From NCBI GenBank assembly GCA_963740035.1, contig CAVUDA010000012.1, positions 41,971 to 105,970 on the forward strand: a stretch of 64,000 nt of DNA, written 5' to 3'. The notes beneath the pieces are model-generated. The model did not search any database, was not told the origin of the DNA, and was given only the letters and a program-made list of their open reading frames with translations. Each line of letters begins with the position of its first letter. Positions within the stretch are counted from its first letter, which is position 1. The position numbers were made by a program, and so were the translations under genes. Origin of the DNA: an uncultured Acidobacteriota bacterium (GTDB lineage Bacteria > Acidobacteriota > Terriglobia > Acidiferrales > UBA7541). This document shows, in pieces, positions 41,629-50,835 of the stretch.

Positions 41629-42183
41629 TCAAGCGGGCTGTGACCCGATTGGCGATCCAGCACGGACGAGCACCACGGTTCTATCGGCAGCTCGAAGCAC
41701 TTTGTCGGCGACGCTCCCGTACACCCATCGGTTGATGCCAGTGCGGCCATGCGTGGTCATCACGATCCGATCGATTTTGTGTTTTCGCGCAAAATTGAGG
41801 ATCACCTCGGCTGGGACGCCCATTTCCACAGTGGCAGCCACCTTTACGTTCTTCCAGCCGGGGCGCGTGCAAATGCTTTCCAGATAGTGCATCGCATGGA
41901 TTCTCCGGTTCTCCCATTGCTGATCGATGGTGATTATTTCGCCATCGGAAATCACATCCTCTATGGGAGGGACCACGTGGAGGAGGATCACTCTCGACTC
42001 GGGCAGCTTCGCTAAAGCGAGCGCCTCAGGCAATGCAAGCTCTGCAAGAGTTGAACCGTCAAGCGGCACTAAAATGCTCTGACTCAATTGCATGGCTCCC
42101 ATGAGAATTGGTGATCGTCCCAGCCACTGGATGACGGTCGACCAGAAGCATAAAACAGCGACACCAACAATCCCTAACCTCAT
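41629..42183 (-). CDS. Universal stress protein with N-terminal hydrophobic segment
   Basis: Usp fold with ILVPLDGS...RIVMTTHGRTGINRWVYGSVADKVLRAADRTVVLV (G-x2-G-x9-G-S motif). ATG 42183 overlaps the TAA of the upstream OMP gene (TAATG). The 30-aa N-terminal extension is hydrophobic. Confidence 0.75.
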   Translation of the reverse strand: MRLGIVGVAVLCFWSTVIQWLGRSPILMGAMQLSQSILVPLDGSTLAELALPEALALAKLPESRVILLHVVPPIEDVISDGEIITIDQQWENRRIHAMHYLESICTRPGWKNVKVAATVEMGVPAEVILNFARKHKIDRIVMTTHGRTGINRWVYGSVADKVLRAADRTVVLVRAGSPIGSQPA

Positions 42184-43739
42184 TACTGACGCAACGAATT
42201 TGGACCGCTAGTAGCATTGATTCTCAACTGTTCCGGCGACGGGAGCTGCGCTACGTCCCAGCCGCCGCCCAGTGCCTTGATTAGATGGACGCTGGCGACC
42301 ATTTGCTGCAGGCGAAAGGTCACCGCGATTTGCTGATCGTTCAGCACAACCGTTTGGGCCGCGATCACGTTCAGGTAGGGATCGACGCCTGCCTCGTATC
42401 GCACAGTGGCTTCGTGCAAACTTCTTTGGGCCGATTGCACCGCGGCATCCTGCTGCTGAATATCCTGGGACAGGATTCTTACGGCCGCCAGATTGTCTTC
42501 CACTTGCTGGAACGCGGTCAATACGGTCTGGCGGTAATTTGCCACCGTCTGATCGTATGCGAATTGGGATTGTTGCAGGGCGGCTCTTCGCAGTCCCGCG
42601 TCAAAAATCGTTTCCGCAAGACTTGGTCCCACCGACCAGAATCGGCTCGGCCAGGTAAACCAATCCGCGATGGAAGCGCTGCCGAACCCGCCCGTCGCGC
42701 TCAAGGTGACATTCGGATAGTAGGCGGCTTTCGCTATGCCAATCTGCGTATTCGCTTGCGCCATCGCGCGTTCGGAGGCGGCGATGTCCGGACGGCGTTG
42801 GAGTAGATCGGCGGGGATGCCAGGAGGGATTGACGGAGGATTCGCATTCAGCGGCTCTACGGGAATAGAAAATGTCGATGCCGGTTCGCCCGCCAACAGA
42901 GCGATCGCATGCTCGTACTGCGCGCGTAGAACGCCGAGGTTCGTATCCTGCGCTTGTGTAGCTTCCAGTTGGGCTTCGGCTTGAGCGACCGCTTCGTCCG
43001 TTCCAATGCCGGCTTTGAATTGGACCTGGGTGAGATTCAGAGTTTCCCCATAGGCAATGACGGTGGTGTCAAAAAGCTGCTTCAAGGCATCCTGCGCGCG
43101 AAGCTGGTAATAGTCGGCCGCTAGCTCAGCCTCTACGGAGAGGCGCACATTTTCCAAGTCGGCGCCGCTTGCCTGGGCCGCATAGGTGGCCCCCCTCACC
43201 GTGTTGCGAACACGGCCCCACAAGTCGGGTTCCCAGGACGCGTCCGCGGGCAGCGAGTAATCGGTGAAGGAAGAGAGAGTGAATCCTGAGGTCGAAGAAC
43301 TTCCCGAGTGCACCCCGCCAAACTGGCCCGCCGAAGGGCGCGCATTCATGATGCTTGGATTCGTTGCGACCGTCGGAAAATATTGCGAGCGCGCTTCCCG
43401 GATGACGGTGCGGGCGGCAAAGAAATTCGCAACCGCAGCAGCGATTTCCTGGTTTGAAGTATCCGCCTTTTCTTCAAGCGCATTCAGCTGAGAGTCATGG
43501 AAGACGTCCCACCACTTTCCACGAGCCGCGCCGTCGCTCGGCTGGGCTGCTTTCCATTGTTCGGTCTGCGTATGATCCCCGGCAGCAAGCTCCTTGTAAG
43601 CTGAAGGAGTTTGCACCGGCGGCCTCGCGTACTTCGGACCCACCGTGCATCCGGCCAGGAGGAGCATCCAGACCGCGCAGGCTGCCAAGGCCCCTTGCGT
43701 CATATTCGGTTTTGTTCGGCGCCACATTTCAATTCTCAC
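42183..43739 (-). CDS. Outer-membrane efflux lipoprotein (NodT/TolC family)
   Basis: Lipobox LLLAGC, GPKYARPPV, and two TolC-like repeats. Possible starts are GTG 43739 (overlapping the HlyD stop), ATG 43727 and ATG 43703. Confidence 0.85.
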   Translation of the reverse strand: MRIEMWRRTKPNMTQGALAACAVWMLLLAGCTVGPKYARPPVQTPSAYKELAAGDHTQTEQWKAAQPSDGAARGKWWDVFHDSQLNALEEKADTSNQEIAAAVANFFAARTVIREARSQYFPTVATNPSIMNARPSAGQFGGVHSGSSSTSGFTLSSFTDYSLPADASWEPDLWGRVRNTVRGATYAAQASGADLENVRLSVEAELAADYYQLRAQDALKQLFDTTVIAYGETLNLTQVQFKAGIGTDEAVAQAEAQLEATQAQDTNLGVLRAQYEHAIALLAGEPASTFSIPVEPLNANPPSIPPGIPADLLQRRPDIAASERAMAQANTQIGIAKAAYYPNVTLSATGGFGSASIADWFTWPSRFWSVGPSLAETIFDAGLRRAALQQSQFAYDQTVANYRQTVLTAFQQVEDNLAAVRILSQDIQQQDAAVQSAQRSLHEATVRYEAGVDPYLNVIAAQTVVLNDQQIAVTFRLQQMVASVHLIKALGGGWDVAQLPSPEQLRINATSGPNSLRQ

Positions 43740-44818
43740 TCACCGATGAATACGTCTACCAATTCGCCTGGATAAAGGTACGTTTTTTCTGTCTTCTCAA
43801 TTCTAAATATGACGGGCAGCACTCTGACGTCCACCCGCTCGGTCCTCTGGTTGGAAAGCTCGATCTTCGGTGAGACGAACGGCTGCATCCTCACGTAGTC
43901 GAGGGCCAGCTTCGTGCCCGACCCGCGAATCGACATTTGTGCCTTCATCTTGTTTGGCGCGGGGAGGCGATGGACGAGAATTTCATCGACGTAGCAACGC
44001 ACGTTCAAGAACCCCTGCAGGCTACCGAGCACCATCACCGGAATCATGCTCTGCGTGTAGCTGTCGTAGGAGCCCTGCGGTGATACGAAACTACCAGCCG
44101 TCGGATTGATGGAAAGCACCATGCCGTCCCTTGGTGCGCGAAGCGTGTACTTGGAAAGCAGGGCGCTCGATGCCAGGTAGGATTTTTGCAATGCGTTTTG
44201 CTGGCGTTCCTGATTGGCGACGTCGTAGGACCAGGCTCCCGCTTTGGTCAGGTCATATTGTTTCTGAGCCACTGCCAGGTTGGCTTTCGCCACCGCGGCC
44301 GCGTTGAATGAACTGTCCAAGGCATCCTTGCTGATGGACTTCGGATCCATTTCGTAAGAAGCTTGCAGCTTGGCCAGCGCGTCCTCCGCGGTCTTGAGTG
44401 TTGCTTTCGCCGCTTCGACCTGGGACTCTGCGATCTCAAGGTTCTCTTTCCTCGGCTCTGCCTTTAGCTCTTGAAGCAGCGACCACGCAGCCTGCGCCTG
44501 CGATTGCAGCTGTTCGCTGGTCGCACTCTGAACGGAATCATCGATTAACACCAGCGCATCACCTTTGTGCACCACCTGCCCCTCGGCGACAAGAATTTGC
44601 TTCACGGTTCCGGGAACTTCCGGATACACATTGATGTTTTCGCCGCTGGCCTGATCGCTTTCCACAATGCCTTCCGCATAGATGCCGTTGGCATAGGGGT
44701 CCGAGAATGGTTGAAAAACAGGCGGGAGCGGCGGATTCGTAATACCGAAAAGGTAAGCAGCCGTCGCCCCGGCGATAATGCCGGTGATGGCGAGCGTAAA
44801 TAGAATTTTATTTTTCAT
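43736..44818 (-). CDS. HlyD/DevB-type membrane fusion protein
   Basis: ATG 44818 (MKNKILFTLAITGIIAGATAAYLF), lipoyl-like VKQILVAEGQVVHKGDALVLID, and a coiled coil. The ATGA overlaps the ATPase stop. Confidence 0.85.
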   Translation of the reverse strand: MKNKILFTLAITGIIAGATAAYLFGITNPPLPPVFQPFSDPYANGIYAEGIVESDQASGENINVYPEVPGTVKQILVAEGQVVHKGDALVLIDDSVQSATSEQLQSQAQAAWSLLQELKAEPRKENLEIAESQVEAAKATLKTAEDALAKLQASYEMDPKSISKDALDSSFNAAAVAKANLAVAQKQYDLTKAGAWSYDVANQERQQNALQKSYLASSALLSKYTLRAPRDGMVLSINPTAGSFVSPQGSYDSYTQSMIPVMVLGSLQGFLNVRCYVDEILVHRLPAPNKMKAQMSIRGSGTKLALDYVRMQPFVSPKIELSNQRTERVDVRVLPVIFRIEKTEKTYLYPGELVDVFIGE

Positions 44819-45516
44819 GCCGCCCTCTCTTGTGTCCCCGTGATCCGGCCGTCTTCCATCTTCAAGATCCGGCTGGCGAATTCGTAGATTCTGCTGTCGT
44901 GCGTGACAACCACGATGCAGCGATTGGCGTCGAGAATGTTCTCGCGAACGAACTGCAAAATGGCATGTCCCGTATCGCCATCCAGGGAAGCGGTCGGTTC
45001 GTCCATGATCAGGATGTCCGGCTTTCCAATCATGGCGCGCGCGATGGCCACTCGTTGCTGTTCGCCTCCGCTGAGTTTCATGGGAGGGAGGTCTGCACGC
45101 GCCTTGAGCCCGACGATATCCAAATAGTGGATCGCTTCCTGGATGGAGGTATCCCACGGCGCTTTTTTGAGGATCAGCGGAATCGCTACATTCTCCGCAG
45201 TGTTCAGGCGCGGAAAGAGGTGGAAATCCTGAAATACGAAGCCGAGTTTGTGAAGGCGGAAATCCGCCAGATGATTGCTATCGAGAGTCCAGATGTCCGT
45301 TCCGTCCGCCAGAACGTGGCCGGAGTTGGGCCTGAGAATCCCCGAGAGCACGCTCAGCAGCGTCGTCTTGCCGCTTCCCGACGGCCCCACGATGTAGATC
45401 ATTTCACCGAAATCCGCGTGGAGATCGACGCCGCGGAGAGCCAGGGTCTTGGCGTCTCCCTCGCCAAACCATTTCTCGAGCCCGCTCGCTTCTATGGCTG
45501 TGCGCGGCATATTCAT
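44815..45516 (-). CDS. ABC transporter ATP-binding protein (DevA/MacB-NBD/LolD type)
   Basis: GPSGSGKTTLL, LSGGEQQRVAIARA, ILIMDEPTASLD. The ATGA overlaps the permease stop. Confidence 0.9.
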   Translation of the reverse strand: MNMPRTAIEASGLEKWFGEGDAKTLALRGVDLHADFGEMIYIVGPSGSGKTTLLSVLSGILRPNSGHVLADGTDIWTLDSNHLADFRLHKLGFVFQDFHLFPRLNTAENVAIPLILKKAPWDTSIQEAIHYLDIVGLKARADLPPMKLSGGEQQRVAIARAMIGKPDILIMDEPTASLDGDTGHAILQFVRENILDANRCIVVVTHDSRIYEFASRILKMEDGRITGTQERAA

Positions 45517-46649
45517 CCCCTGAAAATCTCGAACGGCTCGATCCGCAGCACCCTGCGGATGCCCGCGTAGCTGGAGACGGCGTCAATGATGAGAACCATC
45601 ACCAACGCCAGCAGAAGATTGGTGTAAGTGATCGTGGCGAAGTAACTCGGCAGCCTCAGCTTGGCCAGATAGATAAACAAGGTGCACAGGCCGACTCCCA
45701 GTCCGTAGCCGGTCAGAGCGGTGAACGTGGCCTGGAACAAGATCATTTCGACGAGCTCGCTGTCTCTCGTGCCCAGCGCTTTCAGAGCTCCAAATCTTTC
45801 CAGATTCTCCAAAATGAACGTGTAGAACGTCTGGCCCGAAATAGAAAGTCCCACAGCGAACGTAATGATGGTCATGATCAACAGGTTGGTTCCCATCCCG
45901 GTTTGGTAGATGTAGAACATAATGCTCCGCATCGTGAACTCATCCTTGGTGAGCGCCAGGTAACCGAGCGCCGCCACTTGCTGCTTTATTTTCGGTATAT
46001 CGCTCGGACTTTTCGGTTCAACGAGGACATAGGACGCCGTGTAGCGCGGATTGGGAACGTATTGAACGGCCCGCGTGTAGGTGGTGTAGAGAGTCGGAAG
46101 GCCGAACAAGCTGGACATTGCGACTCTTGCTGTCCCAACAATGACGCAGCGGTGGTCGTTCAGCTGAAATTCCGAGCCAACATGAGGACTATTGAGTTTG
46201 GGATAATCCGCGTCCTGAACAACAATGAAGCCGTTCTCCGCGTAGATGTCGGTGATGTTTCCGTCGATCATCTCCGGACGACCAAACAAGCTGGTGTCGT
46301 CCAGGCCAAGCACGCTCGTCGCCTGGTAGTTACCGTCGGGGAGCTTCACGAGAGCCGTACTCGAATAGAGCGGGACGGCGTAGGCGACGCCCTGCATGCT
46401 CCGGACCGCGTCCAGGACGTAATCAGGCATGCCAATCGAATTCGCCGGAGTCTGCACGGCCGGATCCATCACCCACACCGTGGCGCCGACATTGATGACC
46501 GTGGAGGAGGAATGACGCAGGACTCCGACAAACATCGCCGTAATGAAAATCATCGAGAAAGAGGCAAAAGCAATCCCCACCAGCAGGGCCGTGAACTTTG
46601 CCTTGTCATTCACCAACAGTTTGTAGGCGAGTTTAAGAATTCCACTCAA
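45513..46649 (-). CDS. ABC exporter permease (DevC / FtsX-like)
   Basis: N-terminal TM, a large periplasmic domain, and three C-terminal TMs (FtsX fold). MSGILKLAYKLLVNDKAKFTALLVGIAF is DevC-like. Confidence 0.8.
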   Translation of the reverse strand: MSGILKLAYKLLVNDKAKFTALLVGIAFASFSMIFITAMFVGVLRHSSSTVINVGATVWVMDPAVQTPANSIGMPDYVLDAVRSMQGVAYAVPLYSSTALVKLPDGNYQATSVLGLDDTSLFGRPEMIDGNITDIYAENGFIVVQDADYPKLNSPHVGSEFQLNDHRCVIVGTARVAMSSLFGLPTLYTTYTRAVQYVPNPRYTASYVLVEPKSPSDIPKIKQQVAALGYLALTKDEFTMRSIMFYIYQTGMGTNLLIMTIITFAVGLSISGQTFYTFILENLERFGALKALGTRDSELVEMILFQATFTALTGYGLGVGLCTLFIYLAKLRLPSYFATITYTNLLLALVMVLIIDAVSSYAGIRRVLRIEPFEIFRG

Positions 46650-46723
46650 GCCAGAGTTCCTCCGCCAAGAATTGCTGCCTAAGCTTCACATTAGAAAGGC
46701 TATCCCGGGGGGGCACCATGCGA

Positions 46724-46739
46724 TGTGATCGACGTCACT
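46724..46739. promoter_or_regulatory. CRP-type palindrome tGTGAtcgacgTCACt upstream of the devC operon
   Basis: Perfect GTGA-N6-TCAC core, centred about 80 nt upstream of ATG 46649. Confidence 0.55.
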
Positions 46740-46855
46740 GGTAATCGTGACTGTCCTCACACACGAAGAACCATTGCGGTTGGGTCAGGATAACGAATAG
46801 AAGTTGGCACGCATCAGCCGTATCCCCAAGCGGTTGAGCGGTTGACGGCATTGTT

Positions 46856-46883
46856 CAAAAATAACGGGGTGTCCCGCCACCCC
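46856..46883 (-). terminator. Rho-independent terminator downstream of the ytxH-like gene
   Basis: Stem ggggtg/cacccc with a 6-nt loop. On the minus strand it is followed by gttattttt. Confidence 0.5.
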
Positions 46884-46994
46884 TGATTCCCTTGCCGCTC
46901 TGGCGACGGCTGACGCCGTTCAGAGTAATGCCCGCAGATCAAAGGGCTTAGGGACAATATACTCGGAGCCATGCTCGGCCCGATTCATTGAGAA

Positions 46995-47309
46995 CTAACT
47001 TGCCGGCTCCTGCGCCTTCGTCCTGCCGGCTGCTTCACGCCGGGCAATTACGGCCTCGCTCAGCTTCTGCTGGCCCTGGTCCACCAGTTCATGCATCCGC
47101 ATGCGCGCTTGCCGAACTTTCGCATTGGCGGCATCGACGCCGTCCAGGCACTTCGCTTCGATCCATTCTCTCGTTTCCGCACCCGATTTTGGGGCCAGAA
47201 ACACGCTGAGCGCGGCCCCGATCCCTAAACCCGCCACCAAGAAGGCAAATGCCGCCCCATGACTTTTGGATTCCATTTTTTCATTTTGATTTTCCGTTTG
47301 GTTTTTCAT
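46995..47309 (-). CDS. YtxH-domain general-stress protein
   Basis: ATG 47309 with a gggaggaag RBS. TM helix AAFAFLVAGLGIGAALSVFLAPKSG, then the amphipathic helical region typical of YtxH. Confidence 0.7.
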   Translation of the reverse strand: MKNQTENQNEKMESKSHGAAFAFLVAGLGIGAALSVFLAPKSGAETREWIEAKCLDGVDAANAKVRQARMRMHELVDQGQQKLSEAVIARREAAGRTKAQEPAS

Positions 47310-47448
47310 TTCTTCCTCCCTACGCTCGTTCGCACTGCCCTTGGCCTGGCAAATGCAAACTGCCGCCGATGGGTATCGTGAGTTGCTTTTCAATGAAAAG
47401 CCTAATCTGCATTCGACTCCGGCCGCCATGCTCTGCCTCACCTTGCAA

Positions 47449-47464
47449 CGTGATGTCAATCACA
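47449..47464. promoter_or_regulatory. CRP-type palindrome cGTGAtgtcaaTCACa upstream of ytxH
   Basis: Perfect GTGA-N6-TCAC core, about 145 nt upstream of ATG 47309. Confidence 0.5.
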
Positions 47465-47658
47465 GCCTCCACGCAGCTTTGCAGGCTAGAAGTCAACCAT
47501 ATTGATGCTATGTTGGCGCCAACTCATCGACGAACTGCGCGAACGCGGCGCGTTGATTCGTACCCGGTCTTTTCGCGGCGTGGCGGAAATAGCGCCAGGC
47601 GCTTTTGTGCTTGGAGTGCCGCGACGACCGCGGGAAGTATCGCTGATATCCCTCACCT

Positions 47659-48990
47659 CTAGAGCATTGAAGGATACGTCTCGGGGACCTCGCCGGTCTC
47701 CCAAGCCGCGGTTCGCTCGAGAGGCTCAACGGCGCGAGTCTCGTCGTAGTGCAGAATGGCGTCGAACTGTTCCGGGAGCTGAGCGTGGAAGTAGTGGCTC
47801 ATACGCTCGGATCGAGGAAGATAGATGACACCAATGGCCCGCTCCAGACGTGGTTCCCGCAAGAGAGAGGTGGCTTTTTCTTTATGGCCGAGTGGAAGCA
47901 GGAAATTCCGGATTCCGGTTTCGTGGAAAAGCGCCTCGTAACTCCCGGCTAGTGCCGGCCGAACATGTTTGCGTTCTGCAGCCGCTTCCCAACCCGATGC
48001 TGCGGTGACCGTGCCGGTGTACGTCGTGAATCCGACGAGCGTCGCTTCTTTTCCGTAGCGCTGGCGGACAAGTTGTCCGAGATTGAGCTCTCCGCGTTGT
48101 CCCATTTCGGTGGCGCGAGCATCACCCAGGTGAGAATTGTGCGCCCAGACGACGATCTTTGCCTTGGGGCCGAGCTGGTGAGTCAACGCTTCCAACGTCT
48201 CGGCCATATGGGTGTCTCGCAGATTCCAGGAGGAAATTCGTTCGTGAAACATCGAGCGGTAATACTCCTCGGCATTTTTCACCAATCGGGCATTCTGTTC
48301 CGCAAAGAAGAATGCATCCCGGGCGACGCGGCCATCGCGGTTTGCCAGATCGGCAGCGCGCCGGCGCATTTCCGTCCACTGGCCAACAACTTCATTCTCG
48401 CAGCTCTTGCTAAGACCGAAGCTGGCGGCATAACCGTATGCTTGAGTATCTTCACCGAAGTTGTCGAAGCAGGCGTAGCGATACCGCGCGCGTTGCGCAG
48501 CCTCAGGATCCACTTTGTCCAAGAAATCCAACACTGCCTGCATGGAAGTATGCAAGCTGTAGAGGTCCAGCCCATAGAAACCGACCCGCTTGGAATGCCG
48601 GTGCTCATTGTAATTCCGCAGCCAACCTACAAAATCGAGAACATCTGCGTTGCGCCACATCCAGGCGGGAAATCTTTGGAAGCCCGCAAGCGCGTCGATC
48701 GCATCTTCGTCTTCACCCTCAAAGCGCACAAATTGATTGACGCGATATGCGTCCGGCCAATCTGCTTCTACCGCGACCGCGGTGAATTCTTTTTCCGCGA
48801 TCAAGCGCTTGGTGATCTGCGCGCGCAGGCGATAGAACTCGTGGGTTCCATGCGAAGCCTCTCCAATCAGAACGAACCGGGAGTCGCCAATCATTTTGAG
48901 CAAAGGATCGAAATCCGTGGTTTCCCCCGTAAGCGGATGTGCCGCTTGGCGAATCGCGTGAACAAGATCGTGTTCGTGTCTTGAGATCAT
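47659..48990 (-). CDS. Erythromycin-esterase-family (PF05139-like) protein
   Basis: RFVLIGEASHGTHEFYRLRAQITKRLIAEKEFTAVAVEADWPDA...VVWAHNSHLGD matches the family's conserved blocks. Confidence 0.8.
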   Translation of the reverse strand: MISRHEHDLVHAIRQAAHPLTGETTDFDPLLKMIGDSRFVLIGEASHGTHEFYRLRAQITKRLIAEKEFTAVAVEADWPDAYRVNQFVRFEGEDEDAIDALAGFQRFPAWMWRNADVLDFVGWLRNYNEHRHSKRVGFYGLDLYSLHTSMQAVLDFLDKVDPEAAQRARYRYACFDNFGEDTQAYGYAASFGLSKSCENEVVGQWTEMRRRAADLANRDGRVARDAFFFAEQNARLVKNAEEYYRSMFHERISSWNLRDTHMAETLEALTHQLGPKAKIVVWAHNSHLGDARATEMGQRGELNLGQLVRQRYGKEATLVGFTTYTGTVTAASGWEAAAERKHVRPALAGSYEALFHETGIRNFLLPLGHKEKATSLLREPRLERAIGVIYLPRSERMSHYFHAQLPEQFDAILHYDETRAVEPLERTAAWETGEVPETYPSML

Positions 48991-49079
48991 TTCACACCTC
49001 GATCAATGCAACTTAGCCAGGCACTTCGATCCAGAGCTCATTTTCAACGCCTCTATGCTTGAAACACTCCGACCGCCAA

Positions 49080-49775
49080 TCATTGCCGTGTTCCCTTCGA
49101 CGCGACCTGAGTATCCAGATTGTGCGTTTCGTGGCGCCATCGGGAAGCCGCATCGAGCAGTTCTCTTACTTCCTCGTCCGATACTTGCGAGAAGTCAGCG
49201 TAAAATTGTCCGACTCCATAAAACGGCTGTGGCATCTCCAGGCACACAAGTTCGTCCGCCTCAAATCGGAGCTGATTGCAAGTGGAAGGCGGGGCGACAG
49301 GAACTGCCACAACGATCTGTGCAGGTTTCATTTGACGCAGCGCACGAATGGCAGCCTTCATAGTCGCGCCCGTGGCGACACCGTCATCGACAAGAATGAC
49401 GGTCAAGCCACCTACGTCCAGCGGAGACTTCCCGCCCCGATATGCTCGTTCGCGGCGTTCAAGTTCCTTTTCTTCTGCCCTTGTCACTCGCTGGATATCT
49501 AACCCGGTTATTCCCAAGCCCTCAACGATATCCCGGCTAAGTATTCGAACTCCTCCGCTCGCGATTGCGCCGAATGCCAACTCCTCGCGGCCTGGAACAC
49601 CGAGTTTGCGCAATACGAACACGTCCAAGGGCGCCCTGAGTTCCTTGGCAATCTCGAAAGCGACTGGAACGCCTCCGCGTGGCGCTCCGAGTACAATAAC
49701 ATCACCCCGATTTCCGTATTTCCTTAGGCGCAGCGCCAGCATTTGACCTGCTTCTTTGCGATTTGCAAATGTCAT
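49080..49775 (-). CDS. Phosphoribosyltransferase-domain protein
   Basis: ATG 49775 (MTFANRKEAGQMLA). PRPP-binding loop VILVDDGVATGATMKAA. This is the type commonly paired with erythromycin-esterase-like genes. Confidence 0.8.
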   Translation of the reverse strand: MTFANRKEAGQMLALRLRKYGNRGDVIVLGAPRGGVPVAFEIAKELRAPLDVFVLRKLGVPGREELAFGAIASGGVRILSRDIVEGLGITGLDIQRVTRAEEKELERRERAYRGGKSPLDVGGLTVILVDDGVATGATMKAAIRALRQMKPAQIVVAVPVAPPSTCNQLRFEADELVCLEMPQPFYGVGQFYADFSQVSDEEVRELLDAASRWRHETHNLDTQVASKGTRQ

Positions 49776-49845
49776 ATGAATGCCCTTTCCTGGTTCTGCA
49801 TTCCTTCCCCTCAACGCTATTTAAATACTCCACGGCTTGGGGGTC

Positions 49846-49883
49846 AGTGAGACCAATCACATTTCGGAGTGAGGGGAGTCACA
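49846..49883. promoter_or_regulatory. Two tandem CRP-type palindromes (aGTGAgaccaaTCACa and aGTGAggggagTCACa), centres 22 bp apart
   Basis: Both cores are perfect (49846-49861 and 49868-49883). They lie in the divergent intergenic region between the PRTase operon (start 49775, minus) and the LPKTAS-protein gene (start 50170, plus). Confidence 0.6.
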
Positions 49884-50169
49884 AGCCACGATGTGCCGCC
49901 TGCCCTAGTAGCTTCGCCATAAATGCGAGCCTAGAACGCCTGGCGCGCTCCTGAATAGCGCGTGTCACAGGAGAAAGATGATGAATAGGCGATGATGGGA
50001 GTGTTTCGCGCCGGTGACGCGGACCACTTGCAGTTGTGCGCGCGGTCACATACCCAAAAGCGGGACGCGAGTACACGTATAACAGGTACGAACGGAGCCG
50101 ATACAAGAGACGTAAGGGCGGGCCGAACTTGGGAGCTGGCATCCGTCGTCACAATCAGGAGGCAGGAAA

Positions 50170-50835
50170 ATGAAAATATTCAGAACGATCCTAACAATTT
50201 TCACAGTCTCATTACTTATGGTCACGTTTGCGGCGGGCGCACGCGCGGATACAGGGTTCAACAAGCGAACCGTGGTCACCTTTAACCAGCCCGTCGAGAT
50301 TCCCGGTCAAATTCTTCCCTCGGGGACTTACACCATCGAACTGTATGAGAGCTTTGGCAGCCGCCATATCGTGCGCATTTACAACGCCGACCGGTCCAAG
50401 CTCATCGCAACCGTGCTGGCGATTCCGAACCAGCGGCTCACGCCAACCAGCGACAACGTGATGAAATTCTCAGAGCGGCCCGGTAATGCTCCGGATGCAC
50501 TGAAGGCCTGGTTCTACCCGGGGAACAACTTTGGCCAGGAGTTCGTCTACCCGAAGGCGCGCGCGGTTGAGCTCGCCCAGGTGACGCACGAAACCATTCC
50601 CGCAGTGGAAACCGAGCCCGCGACCATCGAGGAATTCAAGAGCGAGCCCATCGTTGCGGAAACTCCCGAGCAGAAGGAAGTCCCGATCGCCGAGGCGATT
50701 CCTGCGCCGGCCCCGGAAACTCTGACGGCTGCTCCGGCTCTGCCGAAGACGGCCAGCCAGGTTCCGCTCATCGCGCTGCTTGGCATGCTGTCGGTAACTT
50801 TCGCTTTCATGCTGAAGCGGTGGCTTGTTAGCTGA
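50170..50835 (+). CDS. Secreted protein with C-terminal LPKTAS sorting-signal-like tail (candidate sortase substrate)
   Basis: Signal peptide, a 120-aa globular domain of unknown family, and a Pro/Glu/Ala-rich linker. Then LPKTAS, a 20-aa hydrophobic stretch and KRW, which is the tripartite cell-wall-sorting-signal layout. Confidence 0.6.
   Translation: MKIFRTILTIFTVSLLMVTFAAGARADTGFNKRTVVTFNQPVEIPGQILPSGTYTIELYESFGSRHIVRIYNADRSKLIATVLAIPNQRLTPTSDNVMKFSERPGNAPDALKAWFYPGNNFGQEFVYPKARAVELAQVTHETIPAVETEPATIEEFKSEPIVAETPEQKEVPIAEAIPAPAPETLTAAPALPKTASQVPLIALLGMLSVTFAFMLKRWLVS

Noticed and set aside
41619-41632. GTGC-N6-TCAA sequence upstream of cytochrome c paralog A as a seventh regulator site.
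   Set aside because: It has two core mismatches and lies partly inside the 3' end of the Usp gene. This is too weak to count.
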